DNA of 64,000 nt, from positions 186,001 through 250,000 of the forward strand of contig NW_025767662.1 of assembly GCF_003918875.1 (NCBI RefSeq), read 5' to 3'. Positions 23,899-37,690 of the stretch are shown one piece after another. The notes beneath the pieces are model-generated. The model saw only the letters and a program-made list of their open reading frames with translations, made no database searches and had not been told where the DNA came from. Within the stretch, counting starts at the first letter, position 1, and each line of letters opens with the position of its first letter. This DNA comes from Haliotis rubra. Taxonomy: Eukaryota. The translations under genes were made by a program, and so were the position numbers.

Positions 23899-26266
23899 GG
23901 TGAACGGTCGGTGTTAGCTCATTAGACCCCGCTCCCATTCCCCTGTGGAAGCCCATATCTCGAAATACTTCGTTATAATGCGGGAATAGTGTAAATAAAG
24001 GTTATTGAACGAGAAGATGCCATGGTAGGCGAGAAACACGGTAGAACTTGTTTCCATGTGAACATCAAATTGAGAACAGTTACATGCAACTAATTATACC
24101 AACTAGACGTACCGTGTAAACACTCCCTGAGAAAGTTAACAATCGTTTTCGAAATTCCACACGTTTCAATTGTTAATTTAAAATCTATTTCTCAAGTCGT
24201 CGCTGCAATTCTTTCAAATTGTTACAACATTCTTTCATTACGACATTTCAAAAATTCTAATCAGGTGCCATTCAAGCAAATCAATGAAATATTTACAAAA
24301 CATTTAAACAGTTTCACCTATTACAATGCATAACAGCTATTACATTCGCCTGCTGCATTTAAAATTCTCATCCATGTCGATTGAACAGATTTCAAATGAC
24401 ACTAATAAGCGCCAGAATTCCAGGATATTTCACACTCGCTAAATATGGCATTTTGTAAATGGAAAGTGCTGATTGTGATAAAAGACATCCAAGGCCACTC
24501 TCCTCTTGTCGGCGTATGACAGGCGTAATCTACGTCAATTGTGTAATCTCGTCACATTGTAGAATAAACGGGGAAGACGGGGGGTGGGGATTACGGGTGG
24601 GGGTGAGGCTGTTATTATATCCGCTAACACAACACAGGTAATTTCTTATTGGTAATTACACAAACAACGTTTCAGCACAGAGTTGAGTTGCGTAATGTTC
24701 CATAAGGTAAAAAGGCTGTAAAAATACCCATTTAGTAGCTATTATCGCATGCACTGGACAATGGTCTGCAATTAACACCCGCTCATTCTATACACACAAT
24801 ATTAACGCTTATTGTCCTGTATGGTTTTGTTGTAAGGGCGTAAAATGCTTTATGAAATGGACGCGTGTACATATCAGTTTAGCTTACGTCGTGTTGTTTT
24901 CAGAAGACATATTGTCGAGTAGCTACCAGTTTTGAAAAGAATATTTTACAGCTTTAACATTGAAATGATTATCAAATTTGCAAAACGTTTTCTAATTTCG
25001 ATTCAGGTTGAATTTTCAGCTTTAATGGAAAGTTAAAAACATCTTTTTATGTTTTTATTTCCCAGTAGATGTTTACATGGCACATAAATATGCATAGATA
25101 GATAATATTGTTCATATTGCATATGAAGTACAGCTAATACAGGTTTGACTATATCTTACTATAAGTTAAAAACATGCATACTGTGTTTTAGAGTTGCAAG
25201 TATGATTTATACATATTTATTTCCAAAGAAAGGAACCGGATTGGTAAACAAGCATAAGATTGGCGAATTTTATTTTATTTTCACTGCTAAACGATGTGAA
25301 AAAGTTCATTAATTATAAATTTCAAGAATATGCTCGATAAATGTGGTTCTAGTCCAAATCGAAGTCGTACAGAAGGATACTTCTGATCTTTAGACTTGGA
25401 ATTTGAACTATTTATTTAAATAATGCATTTGCCTTTTCCATACATATTTATTACTAGATTGTATTCCAGAATGTGATTATTGAAGCCATATTTGTTATGA
25501 CATTTTTAACATGCATTATGATCATTCTGTGGACAGTTATCAATAGTTTCTAATGATTATCGTTACGAATCCTGACCAGCTGATACCTCTGTACATCACA
25601 AAACTTGTATGTATAACTGATTTTGGGGGCTTTTGTCCACAGGGTTTTTTGTCCGCACACCGTATAACTAACCACGCAACATGTACAAAAGGAATTTATT
25701 AGATAAAGGCTTGTCTGTCTCACAGGAACCCAGGAATTTTGCCTACATGAACTTTGCCCACTACAATTTTTACAGTTGAAGACCTTTGTCCACAACATAC
25801 ATGTTTGCCTACCTTAATGCTCAAGTCCATTATAACTCATGCCCCTTTCTGTAATCTAACTGATTGTTTTACATAAACACATGTGCTTCACAACATAGAA
25901 CATAAATTTAGAACACATTTCTTAAAACAATGTGTCTGTATTGATGTGTGTATATGCCTTTTTATAACTTTTTATTACAACTCCGTTACTTCCGCATATA
26001 ACACTATTCCTCAACACTATTCCTCAACTCTGTTACACATCTTATGCTCCGTTACATTTTTTTCTTTATTCACATAACTCTAGTGTTTGAAAACGTTTGG
26101 GTGATCTCCTCACACATATTGTTATTGGCCTCAATAGTTTAAGATTGCTATAATCAGAAATTATTTGTTAACAGGATCCGAAAATTCAGTTCTTATACAC
26201 TTAATCAGCTAACGAATTATGAGAAAACATCCATCTTGGTCAAAGTTCCAAGTGCACCGTACACCG

Positions 26267-26424
26267 CATAGGCGGATCCAGGTATTTTCAAAGGGGGGAG
26301 TTCACGGGGTTCGAACCCCCTGAACACCCCATGCAAAACATTACCTTCAATTTGGTCTTTAGTCATTTTCAAAAAGGGTGGGTTCGCACCCCCTGACACC
26401 CCACCCCCCTTAGATCCGCCAATG
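26267..26424. mobile_element. Short GC-rich MITE
   Basis: TIR CATAGGCGGATC / GATCCGCCAATG; CACCG on both flanks; internal GGGGTTCG..CCCC hairpins. Confidence 0.75.
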
Positions 26425-26428
26425 CACC

Positions 26429-26627
26429 GTCTCACAGTCCCTGAACCACATTATTTCCCCTACTGCCTAGCCTTCCCTGTATAATACTGAACCCCTAAAT
26501 GAAGCAAGTCTAGATTTGCCCAGGCTCAGGTCTGAATCTTTGGTCTCCCTGGGGCTCCTTTTCAGTTTAAATGAGTTTATGTGTTACAACCAAATTATAT
26601 ATATTCAGAGACTATAGCGTTAGTCTA
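26429..26627. mobile_element. Family C2 element
   Basis: GTCTCACAGTCCCTGAACCAC...TTCAGAGACTATAGCGTTAGTCTA. Confidence 0.85.
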
Positions 26628-26874
26628 GATAAGGAGTTTGAGTACGAAACTGAGGTATTCTAAACCAATGTTAAATGTCCGAATCATCAACACTTCATAT
26701 CGCATGCTTTAAAATATGAACTTTCAGGATTCAAAACAATGTCCATCCACACGATAAACTGAAAAGATAGCTTTTCATAATGCTATATACATTGGACGCT
26801 TTAGATGTGGCTTTTATCACGTACCAATGACTAAAATATGATACTGAGTTAAATGAATCCTCATTTTCAACAGA

Positions 26875-26985
26875 GTGAGTGAGTGAGTGAGTATAGTTTT
26901 ACGTTTTTAGTAATATTCCTGCAATATCACAACGGGGGACACCAGAAATTGGCTTCACACAATGTACCCATGTGGGGAATCGAAC
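26875..26985 (-). mobile_element. Family A SINE, 3' part
   Basis: (GAGT)n tail, GGGGACACCAGAAAT, CCCATGTGGGGAATCGAAC. Confidence 0.8.
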
Positions 26986-27182
26986 ATTTTCAAAAGATTT
27001 TTGTTTAGAAATCTTTCTTGTGTCAACTAAATATAAGTACACTTTCTCTCAGTTTTATTACTATACACAGCTCTCTCATTTATTAGAAATGTATTTAATA
27101 ACAAAATACCACACACTGAAACAACCTTTAACCTCGTGTACAGGGATTCGAGATTAACAAACCCGGCGGGTCCTTTGAGCTG

Positions 27183-27535
27183 AGGAGCGGTGGGGTAGCC
27201 AAGTGGTTAAAGCGTTCGCTCGTCACGCAGAAGACCCGGGTTCGATTCATTATGGGCACAATATGTAACGCTCATTTCTGTCTCTCTTCCTCGCCGTGAT
27301 GATCTTTCTAAAAGCGGCGGGGAGGTGGGGTAGCCTAATGGTTAAAGCGTTGGCTCGTCACGCCGAAGACCCGGGTTCGAATCCCCACATGAGCACAATG
27401 TGTGAAGCCCATTTCCGGTGTCCCCCGTCGTGATGTTGCTGGAATATTGCTGAAAGCGGCGTAAAACCAAACTCAGTCAGTCAGTCAGTCAGTCAGTCAG
27501 TCTAAAAGCGGCTTAAAACGTTATTCACTCACTTA
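27183..27535 (+). mobile_element. Family A SINE with nested (CAGT)n-tail SINE 27319-27500
   Basis: 12-bp TSD TCTAAAAGCGGC at 27307-27318 and 27501-27512. Confidence 0.92.
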
Positions 27536-28280
27536 GCGTTGGTAAACTGCCGCCAGTTTCAGGTTCTAATTATATAAACTCTAGATACCTGACTTTCACG
27601 TGAAGATTGAAATAACTATTTACCCTAGGGGTGATGACGTCAATCAAATGTGAGTTTCAAGGCGTGACATTTCAGTACTTGGGTGAGTTCAGCGTAAATA
27701 TGCCTGATCTTCCTAAGTCTATTTTCCACATATTTGTCACACAGTAACTACCTATGACGGAGATCCTAACCGTGCGACTGTCTTTAAAAATAAAGTTTCA
27801 CAAGGGATGCCTTTTTTAGATATAGAGCCCTTGTTTCCATAGAAACATGACGCCAGATTGACCCACACGTTCTTCCAGTGACGGCGTAATTAAAGGTTGA
27901 TGGTTACTTTGGTGAAAAGGCCCGCGGGTGAACTCACGAGCTGACGTCACAGAATGTCTCAACCGCCAGGGGACATTACTCTCACTTACTATCACCGAGG
28001 AGAAGACAAAAAGAAAGACTCTTGTCCGACTGACTGCAGCTGGGTTAAGGGGTCTGTTTGTTTCGCTACGTTATGAGGAGTTACTAGCTATGATACGCCT
28101 TGGGTATTTCCTTTGTAGATGGAATCTGTACGACATTCAGACTTAAGGTTGCGAGTCGGGTGAGGATGAGGCCAACGTGACATCCCCAGTTTTATTGTGT
28201 TGCTTTGTCAGTTGGATGTTGAATAGTATTTGACGCCGCACTCAGCAATGTTCCAGTAAAGATTATAATGGCAATGATAA

Positions 28281-28482
28281 GACTGAATGAGTTTGGTTTT
28301 ACGTCGCTTTTAGACTGACTGACTGACTGAGTTTGGTTTAACGCCGCTTTTAACAATATTCCAGCAACATCACGGCGGGGGACACCAGAAATGGGCTTCA
28401 CACATTGTGCCCATGTGGGGTGTCCCGGGTCTTCGGCGTGACGAGCCAACGCTTAAAACCATTAAGCTACCCCACCGCCCCG
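28281..28482 (-). mobile_element. Family A SINE ((CAGT)n subfamily) with a doubled tail
   Basis: Reverse-complement SINE body followed by a second TCTAAAAGCGACGTAAAACCAAACTC tail. Confidence 0.88.
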
Positions 28483-28660
28483 CAATGGCAAAGAAAACAT
28501 ATTGAAAATCACAATTCACAGATTGGTATAAATACACGCCATTCTGCCTGTGTGTTGGTGTGAATACCTCCTTACCATTTCATGAAACTTTGTCAAATCT
28601 AAATGAAATCTTTATTATACATTTTGCTGTAGATGGTGTTAAACAGCACACAAATGAAAC

Positions 28661-28816
28661 TAGTGAGTTTAGTTTTACGCCGAGTTTAGCAATATTCCAG
28701 CAGTATCCGGGGACACCGGAAATGGGTTTGACACATTGGACCCATGTGGGGAATCGGACCCGGGTCCTCAGCGTGACGGGCGAACGCTTTAACCACTAGG
28801 CTACCCCAACGCCCCC
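28661..28816 (-). mobile_element. Family A SINE; further degenerate SINE copies at ~28826-28960(+), 29035-29210(+), 29285-29390(-)
   Basis: CGAACGCTTTAACCACTAGGCTACCCC head; B-box remnants in the neighbours. Confidence 0.8.
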
Positions 28817-31672
28817 TAATGAAACTGTCCTGAAGGTGATGATCGGTTGGTCATCTTCGTCATACAGACGAACGGGTTCGATTCCACAATGTGGTTACAC
28901 TGGGTGATGAATATTTTTGGCTTCCCCTCCGACATTTTGATGGGAAACTGCCAAGAAAAACCCCAAAAAAAAGACACTCCTCTCAGTTTTTTCCGTTGCT
29001 CATTAGTACTTCTCATTAGTAACGCTAAAATCGACGTGGTCTAGTGGATAGAGTCTCTGCCTGCTGACCAGAAAATCGATGGTTCGATCCATAATGGGGT
29101 ATTCTTTTGAATATCATAATGGTATCGTATTGGGCTACTGCTGGTATGCCGGCATAAGCGAACTTGTCGGTTATGAGCAATGGATTTTGATTGTGACGTT
29201 AAACCCTATACACTTCTCCCACTAGATTATATCTCAATAGAAATATGTATATAGCTGTATAGTAATTGTGTCAGTGTATAAGTCTGATTTTAGTTAGCTA
29301 TAATCCAGCAATATCTCGTCGACGGGGGACACACAGTTGACCCATATGGGGAATCGAACTCGTCTTCGGCGCGATGTGCGAACGCGACCCAATACCAATG
29401 CCCTCTTGTTTCTTTAACTGGCTGTTTGTGTATCAATATTAAATGGATGTGTTTCGCATGGAATTCATTCCTGTGTCACTGATTTCTTGACACAGAACAT
29501 ACTACCAGTGTTTTAGATTATTTCCTAATAGGACATGCGCCGCTGAAAAAAAATATACATATAACAACATTACCGTTGAGAAAGCCTTTCAAGCAAATTC
29601 GTCCATTCTACATCTCAACAGTTCACATATAAAAAAACCATACATAATGTTCTTGGACCATTAACATATAGCTTAAGGCAAATTGACATAAAGATTAAAT
29701 CCTTACTTTTGCTATACCAGATGTGTCCGTAAAATGTAATACTTTCCGTGTTGCCTTAAGCAATAAGATCATCATGAAACGTTAAGTGGAAAATATCTGA
29801 TTAAGGAAAGCCTATAAATATACACAAATTATGGCCACGGGTTGAATTGCTGTACAGACAGACTGCCATTTATGACCCCGTTTAGGGTTGTAAACCCTTT
29901 GGCCATCACATTTTTAAAAAATGGGATGATGAACGCCTCGCGGTCACTTTGTAACGTAGGTGCGGCTCCTAGGGTCGATAAAGTTCTTAATTGTCACGTC
30001 GATATTGCTGACTCAGCAAAGTTCACACCTAGGTCTGAAAATATATGGCTTAATTGTACGCAGGTCAGAAAGTCATAGTCAGGTTACAAGGCACTTGTGT
30101 CTTATCAAGCTGTCGGTACATGATGGACTACCTTGGTTAGGGATCGCTAACATCTGGTCAATAAATCACAATTTATTTCCCTCTTCAATATTTAATAACA
30201 TAATTCCTGATGCTGAATAAAGCTAGACTTGCATTTTTGACAAATCTAGATAGGTTTTGTTTTCATAAATTACATATATGTTCAACCATATGCAAAGTAT
30301 TGTTACAAATTTTAATTACTTCTTATTAAAACTCAAAGTTGATCCAAGTTGGGTGAGGGGTGGTGTTTTTTTTTTGGCAGGGGTACCCTTTTTCCTTTTT
30401 TTTGTCCAGAATATTTGTTAAAAGACCATTGACACTCGGGTTGAAATGATGTGTCAACCCCACCCCACCCCCTTTCTCAAAAAGCTGTCACCGCCCCTGG
30501 CTTGGGGAGCGTGTTAAAATGAAAAATAAAAATAACAAATTGAAAAAAAACCAAACCTGATCCACACATCATTATAACTTAAGCACCGTTCATATGACCC
30601 TCAGTGTCCACATAGACATTTACTAGGTTAAACATATTAAAATTCGAAATCGGGTTACACATAACGTTTCATATAAAAATAGAAAAAATGAATTTGGCAG
30701 TCAAAGAAAATTGATTATGACAGATCGATACATATGGTTCTTCAATATCCGTTTTCTGGCGCATGCTCATTACAGTGAAAAAAATATGTCAGTTCTTTTT
30801 CTCAGTAATTTAACCCGGTTTTGTTTGATCTTAACACAAATCACCGCCACCGTGCATTAGCACAGTGTTCGTCGTTCCCTTGTCGAACAATAATTGGGCA
30901 AAAATCAATTAACTTTCTCGGCCCCGAGTTAACTGTCAAAATAATAGCAAAACGTTTCATTGTGGCAGCTGAGCGAGGACTTATCTGTAGAGTATTTAGC
31001 GGCATCACGTGATTCTTGTAACTCGAGGGGAATAACTCAGATTAACCATGACTGCTCCGGGTTGTGAAAACATGAAAGCGCCGCACTTGCACGTGCATGT
31101 CTAATTATCACTCATAGAGAATTAGCGATTTTTTCTTTCAATGGGGGAATTTGGATTTCTTTTAATAACAAGCGACAGAGTTGTCATGAGGGTTTGCGTG
31201 TGAAACGTGTTAATGAGATCGGGGCCCAACCACTCAGCTGATCTGTATAGAATCGGTATGTAGGTTAAAGTCACGAGGCTTAGTTTCATGACATCAACAG
31301 AATATCGATTAGATCAAAAATACGTTTAGACGTTACCGTGATAACACGTAATATTCAAATAAGCGCCACGCCAACGAAGTTCTTTCTTTCTTTTTTTTTA
31401 AATTCCGTAATGTAATATTTCTTTGCTTTACAAGTGAACAGAGCTAATACCTATACTCAACTAGTGATCTTCAGCTGGGTTAGGTGTCAAGGTTGATCTT
31501 TATAGGGATTACTAAACCACATTTCGGGATTAAAAAGACCAATTCCAAATTGAAGAGCAAAACCATATTTCCGAGGCTGAATGCGTTGATTATGTTCAGT
31601 GTATCACGGAACCTCACTCATACATGATAATGTGCTGTTAACTAAGAGTATCAGATGACCTATCTGACCTTC

Positions 31673-32020
31673 GACCGCATCCGTGGTGTAGTGGTTAGAG
31701 CGTCCGCCCGGAGTGCGGAAGGTCGCGGGTTCGATCCCCGACCGCGTCATACCAAAAGACGTTTAAATATGATACTTGTTGGTCCCTGCCTGGCGCTCGG
31801 CATTAATGGGTAAAACAAGGACTGGTCGGCTCGGAGTCAGTATAATGTGTCTGATTGGGGCATTCATGCTTCACTGCGGCATGGTATCTCAGTGGGCTAG
31901 CACTATAAAACCAGCTTAAGTCTGGGCTAGTACAAGCAGCAGCACATACACACGCATGTACGTCGTCATATGAGCGAAATATTCCCGAGCACGACGTTAA
32001 ACCCAATTTCACCTCACCTC
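31673..32020 (+). mobile_element. Full-length tRNA-headed SINE with Meta/MESC-like central domain
   Basis: A box GTGGTGTAGTGG, B box GGTTCGATCCC, GTCATACCAAAAGAC..TGCCTGGCGCTCGGCATTA body, CGTTAAACCC + (CACCT)n tail; 15-bp TSD ACCTATCTGACCTTC (31658-31672 / 32021-32035). Domain name is from memory. Confidence 0.9.
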
Positions 32021-32392
32021 ACCTATCTGACCTTCACCCGTTATCAAAAGGTTTCAGAGTTATTCCCCTTCCCCTATGCTGTTTTCGGTCGCTTTCAAAG
32101 CAACAGTTCCGTGGACGAAGAAGTCATAACAGATAAACATGTGTTTATGTCAATAACAATGACACACAGGGAACACCGAGGAAGGAGTTACACGACAAAA
32201 CACACAACTTTCCCGACCGATATTTGGCAACTCTTCACGTGGTGTGTGGCTTCTCGTAATGATAATACAGGCGATGACGGTAATGATATAAATAATGCAG
32301 ATGGAATACTTGGTTATATCTAGTATTATTTATGTCCATTCTGTTGCGGTAAATCGCAGAATTATTCGTAAATGACTACTTACGGTAATCAG

Positions 32393-32588
32393 TAGACTAA
32401 CCACTAGTCTCTGAAATGAACATATTTTACTGAAAAAAGTTCATAGTGAAAAAAATATATAATGAAAAGGAGCCCTGAGACTTTCTTCATTTTCAGAATA
32501 AAGCTGAGGAAATCTAGACTTACCACATTTTCTAGACTTGCGTGGGCTTTCTTGGATATATTTGCTTCAAGGTCGGTACGACAGACTA
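32393..32588. mobile_element. Family C1 element, followed by a family B 3' fragment with an internal ~56-bp duplication (32650-32758)
   Basis: TSD GGTAATCAG / GGTCATCAA (7/9). Confidence 0.85.
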
Positions 32589-33211
32589 GGTCATCAAGCC
32601 AGACGGTTGATGCATGTCATAGTTTTTTTACGTATTGAGTATATTAATGCTCATGGTTTCAATTCCTGGATTGTTTGGCCCAGACTCGATTATTTACAGA
32701 CCAACTCATGGTTTCATTTCCTGGATTGTTTGGCCCAGACTCGATTATTTACAGACCAGCGTCTCTTAGCTTTAAATATATTGTTAAATGTCAAACAAAA
32801 CAGAATATAATGCAACTGATAAAGGATGGTAGGTTGATATCTGAAGGTCGTCTTTTTAAAAGTGATTTAGTTTCAGATAACGTGAAATAGTTCCGTTCTC
32901 AGATATTGTACTACTATGGCGATCTATTAGTGATTGTATTTGTGATAGACTAGGACCGATTGTGGAAAAATGTAATGCAAGAGGCATTTTAGTGGGATTT
33001 GGCTATTTTTAAGGGGTGCAGATCACGAAAAAATAGGATACCAGGCTAAAAAAAGTGTTTTTGACCCTCAAACTTGAAAAACGAAAATAAGTTTCTGCCA
33101 CTTTTAGGCCCGCTGAGACACAATGTCGCAGATGAAGATAGACACTTCACATGGACTCCGAGTCAACCAGTCTTTGTTTTCTCCCTTTGATACCGAGCTA
33201 GCACCAGGCTG

Positions 33212-33600
33212 GGCCCCGTTTCACCAGGGAGAATAGAAGACGAACTGTAGATTATCCCTGGTTTCACAAAGCTATCGTAGCGCTACGACTGTCGTAAGCC
33301 TATCCTGCAGTATAGGAGGTACAATTGCTACGAGAAAAGTTACCGGGGCCCCGTTCCTCAAAGCCATCGTAGCGCTACGACAGTCGTAAGTCTATGCTTA
33401 AGTATGGGAATTACGATCATCTTAGCGCTACGATCGTTTTGAGAACGGGGCCCAGATCTTAGGCTTACGAGAGCTTTGTGAAACGGGGCCCTGGGTCCCG
33501 TTCCACAAAGCGATCGTAGCGCTAAGATGATCGTAACTCCCATACTTTAACATAGACTTACGACAGTCGTAGCGCCACGGTCGCTTTGAGGAAAGGGGCT
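33212..33600. mobile_element. Cluster of three PIF/Harbinger-like palindromic MITEs (33212-33490, nested 33347-33452, adjacent 33494-33600)
   Basis: TIRs GGCCCCGTTYC..AAAG / CTTTG..AACGGGGCC; 3-bp flanks CTG/CTG, CGG/CAG, CTG/CTG. Confidence 0.85.
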
Positions 33601-36132
33601 CTGGGTAACAACAAGTACAATCTCTGAACTTCTTTTGGTAAAGCACGATCAGAGAATCGAACAACCGACGTACAAGTCAAGGGCAAACGCTCTATCCACT
33701 TGACCACGGTGGTGATCTCGTTTAGTTCATGTTACAGAGTGTACCAGTTCCTTTCAGCGAGCTATACAGGTATGAACAACGGCTCGGACACCTGCATGTC
33801 TGACTCGCCCTCCAGATGGCGCAGGGTCCAGGGGTGGGTCTTTGGGCACAAGATGACCGCTGGCTGCAACCCGGCAGGCTGAACTTTGAAGTACCCCTTC
33901 TAATAGTCACACTCTTAATGGACAGCAAGGTATTTTATTCCATTCAAGTCCCACCCAATCTGGTAGATGGGGTAAAATCCATTATTAATGACAAACGCAA
34001 TGTGTGCGGCTGTCGGGGTACTTCATCTTACTAACAGTAAAATGTTTTTTGATCGCCCGAATGCGGGTCAGAAAACAATAGGGGAAGTGAATATAAGATG
34101 GGTGGGTGGGGGGAGCAATGGACGGCCGGCATACTCCTACAGGGCTTGTAGAGCTATCCCACCAGGTGATAACACCTGCCCGAGGTAACGCGACCCATCC
34201 ACGCGGGGTCATTGAAAACCCCCCCTCACCCCCTGCTATTCAACGAACCGTTATCCGAGGAGGGCCGCGTGTCACCCACGCGGGCTTATTGAGCTCCTGG
34301 AACCGGTCAAGCGTGCCTGCCTGCCTCCCGACAAGAGTTGTTTGTACTCGGCATTAGGGGGACGTTTCAAAAGAGCCGGGGGGTGTTACGCCGAGTTTAG
34401 CGGCGGCACTGACAGCAGACAAAGATGGGAAAGGACGTGCTGTCGAACGGGGTGCAGTAATTGCTATATTTACCTGCTTCCTCACGCGACAAGCCGGGTG
34501 GCGTTTTTATGGCTGTAGATAGTAGGAATGGCCTTCGTTGATGACACCTGTGTCAGGAATTTATCCCATTTTAAGCCGTAAATGCCGAATTTGATAAGAC
34601 TTTTAATCTTTCCTCACACATCTGGCAAATTCAACGAGTGCACTAGCGGTTCAGTAAACAGGACTTGCTCGGTAAACACTGTGATGTTCCACACGTATCT
34701 CGTGTTGTGCTGCAACAGATCACTTTATCAACTCCAATACACAACAAGGGACCTGGAAGTGCCACATTGTAACCCAGAGACCAACCACTGTGTTTGGGGC
34801 CTGTTTTCTTCCGATAAGGGTGTACACCTTTTCAACAACGAAGAATACTTTACTTCGTTTAGTGTTCCAATACTTCCTACAGATAAGCGCAATATCGGGT
34901 GTATCATTTGGATAGGTTAAGCAATCTTCTTTATATACCTTTGTTGAAAAACTTGAAAATCCTAACGCTACTACACTCGGCCGGACCCTTGACAAACAAA
35001 AGACAAGGATACTTTGCCTTTACCTCTGCTTATTTCAAGAATCGTTTCCCGTTGTACGATTTCACCACTTTATAGTTAAGAATAGGAAACTAATTTAGGT
35101 TGAGTAACTCGAAAATACACTTTTCAAACAAACCAAAAAAACCCAACAACAAACACCAGAGTGATTTCTCATAAAACAGAATCATTAAGGGCAACTATTC
35201 CTCACCAGTATAACACCGATGAAAGCAATGATATAAAACATTGCATTAACGCCCAGAATACCCCGCTACGCCTGCCGAGGCTAAATATACAGATGACTCT
35301 ATCCTCACATATACTATGCATACATAATTACTCGTGTGCTTTTATGAATGTGCGTGATACAATACTTAGGACATGGTACAATGCTTGGAATATTCCAGAA
35401 CATGACTGAACATTCTCCTTGATGACGTCTACGTCTATACACCGTCCTTCTATGGACAATGGTGTCCGTTGATCTTTCTCAGATATGCAGCCTATGTTTA
35501 GCTGAAATATTGCACGCCAACAAACATACAATCTCTCATAGATCGCTTGATAAGACGATCCCTGCACAGGATAGGTAGACTGACATAGGTTCAACACTTG
35601 TACAGGAGTACACACGGGAAGAATTGGGATTTTCATTTACAATCACTGATAATGCACGGCTGACTCATAGGTTTTATGATGCATAGGTAACCATTTAAAC
35701 CGTGAACGATTCTGAACGTCAAATGAGATAATATTACATAATAATTATGTACAATAGTGATTCTTGTGATTCATTTCGGAATATGGTCTCACTATCATGT
35801 CACTCAATACTTGATTTGTTTTCTATGGTTCGGGTTTGTTGCTGGCTTTGTAATATCATTGTGTGTGAACTTTGTCTACGCATAACAATACTTTATTTCA
35901 TACCAATGTGAATAGTCGAGTCTGGGTCTCGGTGTAAGATGAGGCAGCCAACCGATTCTCAGTTTAGATGCTGTCCCAAGCAGGTGATCACGGGAGGTCG
36001 AGGGTAGGTCTTTTACTCCGCCTCTATACAGAGCGGTATCGCATCGGAGTGAAAGATGAAATAACGGGACAGGGGAACAGTTAGTTCTGCCTGAGATTCT
36101 ATGATTACAAGGTCATCTATAAAACGTTTTGT

Positions 36133-36592
36133 CCTCGTGAAGATCCTTGTTAAAACTGATCTTCAGCAGACTGTGCTTGTCGTAACGTGCAACATGCTTC
36201 TCATACATGTCATCGTATCACAGTTTAGTGGATCGATGCTCATGATGTCAGTCACTGGATCGCCTGCTCCAGACTCGATTACTCGAGACCACTGTCGGTT
36301 AGCTGGAACGAGTGAGTGAGTTTAGTTTTACGCCGCATGCACAGCAATATTCCAGCTATATGGCGGCGGTCTGTAAATAATCGAGTCTGGTCCAGACAAT
36401 CCAGTGATCGGCAACATAAGCATCGATCTACCCAATTGGGATACGATGACATGTGTCACCTAATCCGCGAGCCTGACAACCCTATCCCGTTAGTCGCCTC
36501 TTACGACAAGCATTGGTTCCTGAAGACCAACTCAAACCCGGATCTTCACGGGTTTAGCTGGAATATTGTTAAGTGTGGCGTTAAACAACCAC
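36133..36592. mobile_element. Old family B copy (+) with a younger family B copy (36309-36553, -) inserted in its tail
   Basis: TSD TTAGCTGGAA at 36299-36308 and 36554-36563. Confidence 0.88.
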
Positions 36593-37690
36593 AATGAATA
36601 CATGTAATTATAAAGTAAAGTTTGAAATATACGACTACAATGAATGATGTACATTATTTTGGCAATATTACAGTGCAGTACACCAATGCACGAGCATGCT
36701 TGTACAACGAGGTGTGGTTTACAGAATCGTTGTTCTAGACGTGACGTATTCCTCATTAACAAATAATAATCATTTTGATTTTTGATTTTGTTTTTCACAT
36801 GTGATTCATTTGTAGACCTATATTCTTCACCCATATTCTTTTTACACAAACATAAAGAATAAGATTGATTGAATAGCATGCGGTATCTTATTCCCCCACC
36901 CACCCTATTTTTAAGGAAGTATTACGTGTTTTCATTAAATTATGAAATTTGAATAATGGCTGGTCATTAACAAGGCTAATAACAGACAGCAGACTACATC
37001 ATACCAAGGCACGAGGGATGCGCCGTCTAATATAGTGTATACTCAATAGTGGTCAATACCGTGTGTGTGATTTTAACCGCGGCTTCACTCTCGCTACACA
37101 TTCAAAATGAAATAAGGTCTATAAATAGCACGTTCCCCTTTCAGGCATCTCTGACAACGAAATTAATAGTGTGTGAAATATTTTATATGTCTATTCTATG
37201 TCTCTGCCGCAGTACTCAATCCAAAGTAGTGATCTATAACATGACATTGTAAGGTGCATCGAAACTGCACATAGAAATCAGAGTCCGAGTTACCTCCCTT
37301 CGCCCAGTCTGGTTAATCTCGGAACGGAGTAGGACAGTGAGTCATATCCGTTGTACGTCTTTCTTGAGATGATCATGACATCGTTATATCAAATCAATAA
37401 CAATTACCTGCATTGTTCGAGACACAAGACTTTTTCTTTACGTCGTTTTCCGACAAGACACAGGAGCAATCAAATTACCGAGCACATGCCAGAAACTACA
37501 CGTGATTTACTCCAAGACGCCTGACTGGAAACATAACTCGCTGTAATTATCGATCGAATAATGTAGGCACCGACTTACTTATTCACCGAATATAACGTTA
37601 CTTAAATGTTAATGTCGGATTCAAGTGAATGTTATGTACACGAAATATCAAGGAAATATCGACGTTACTGAAAAATTCTATGAAAATATA

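Noticed and set aside
31673-31750. tRNA gene
   Set aside because: Cloverleaf-like, but continues into a SINE body, tail and TSD; poor acceptor stem and no U33. The same applies to family A heads.
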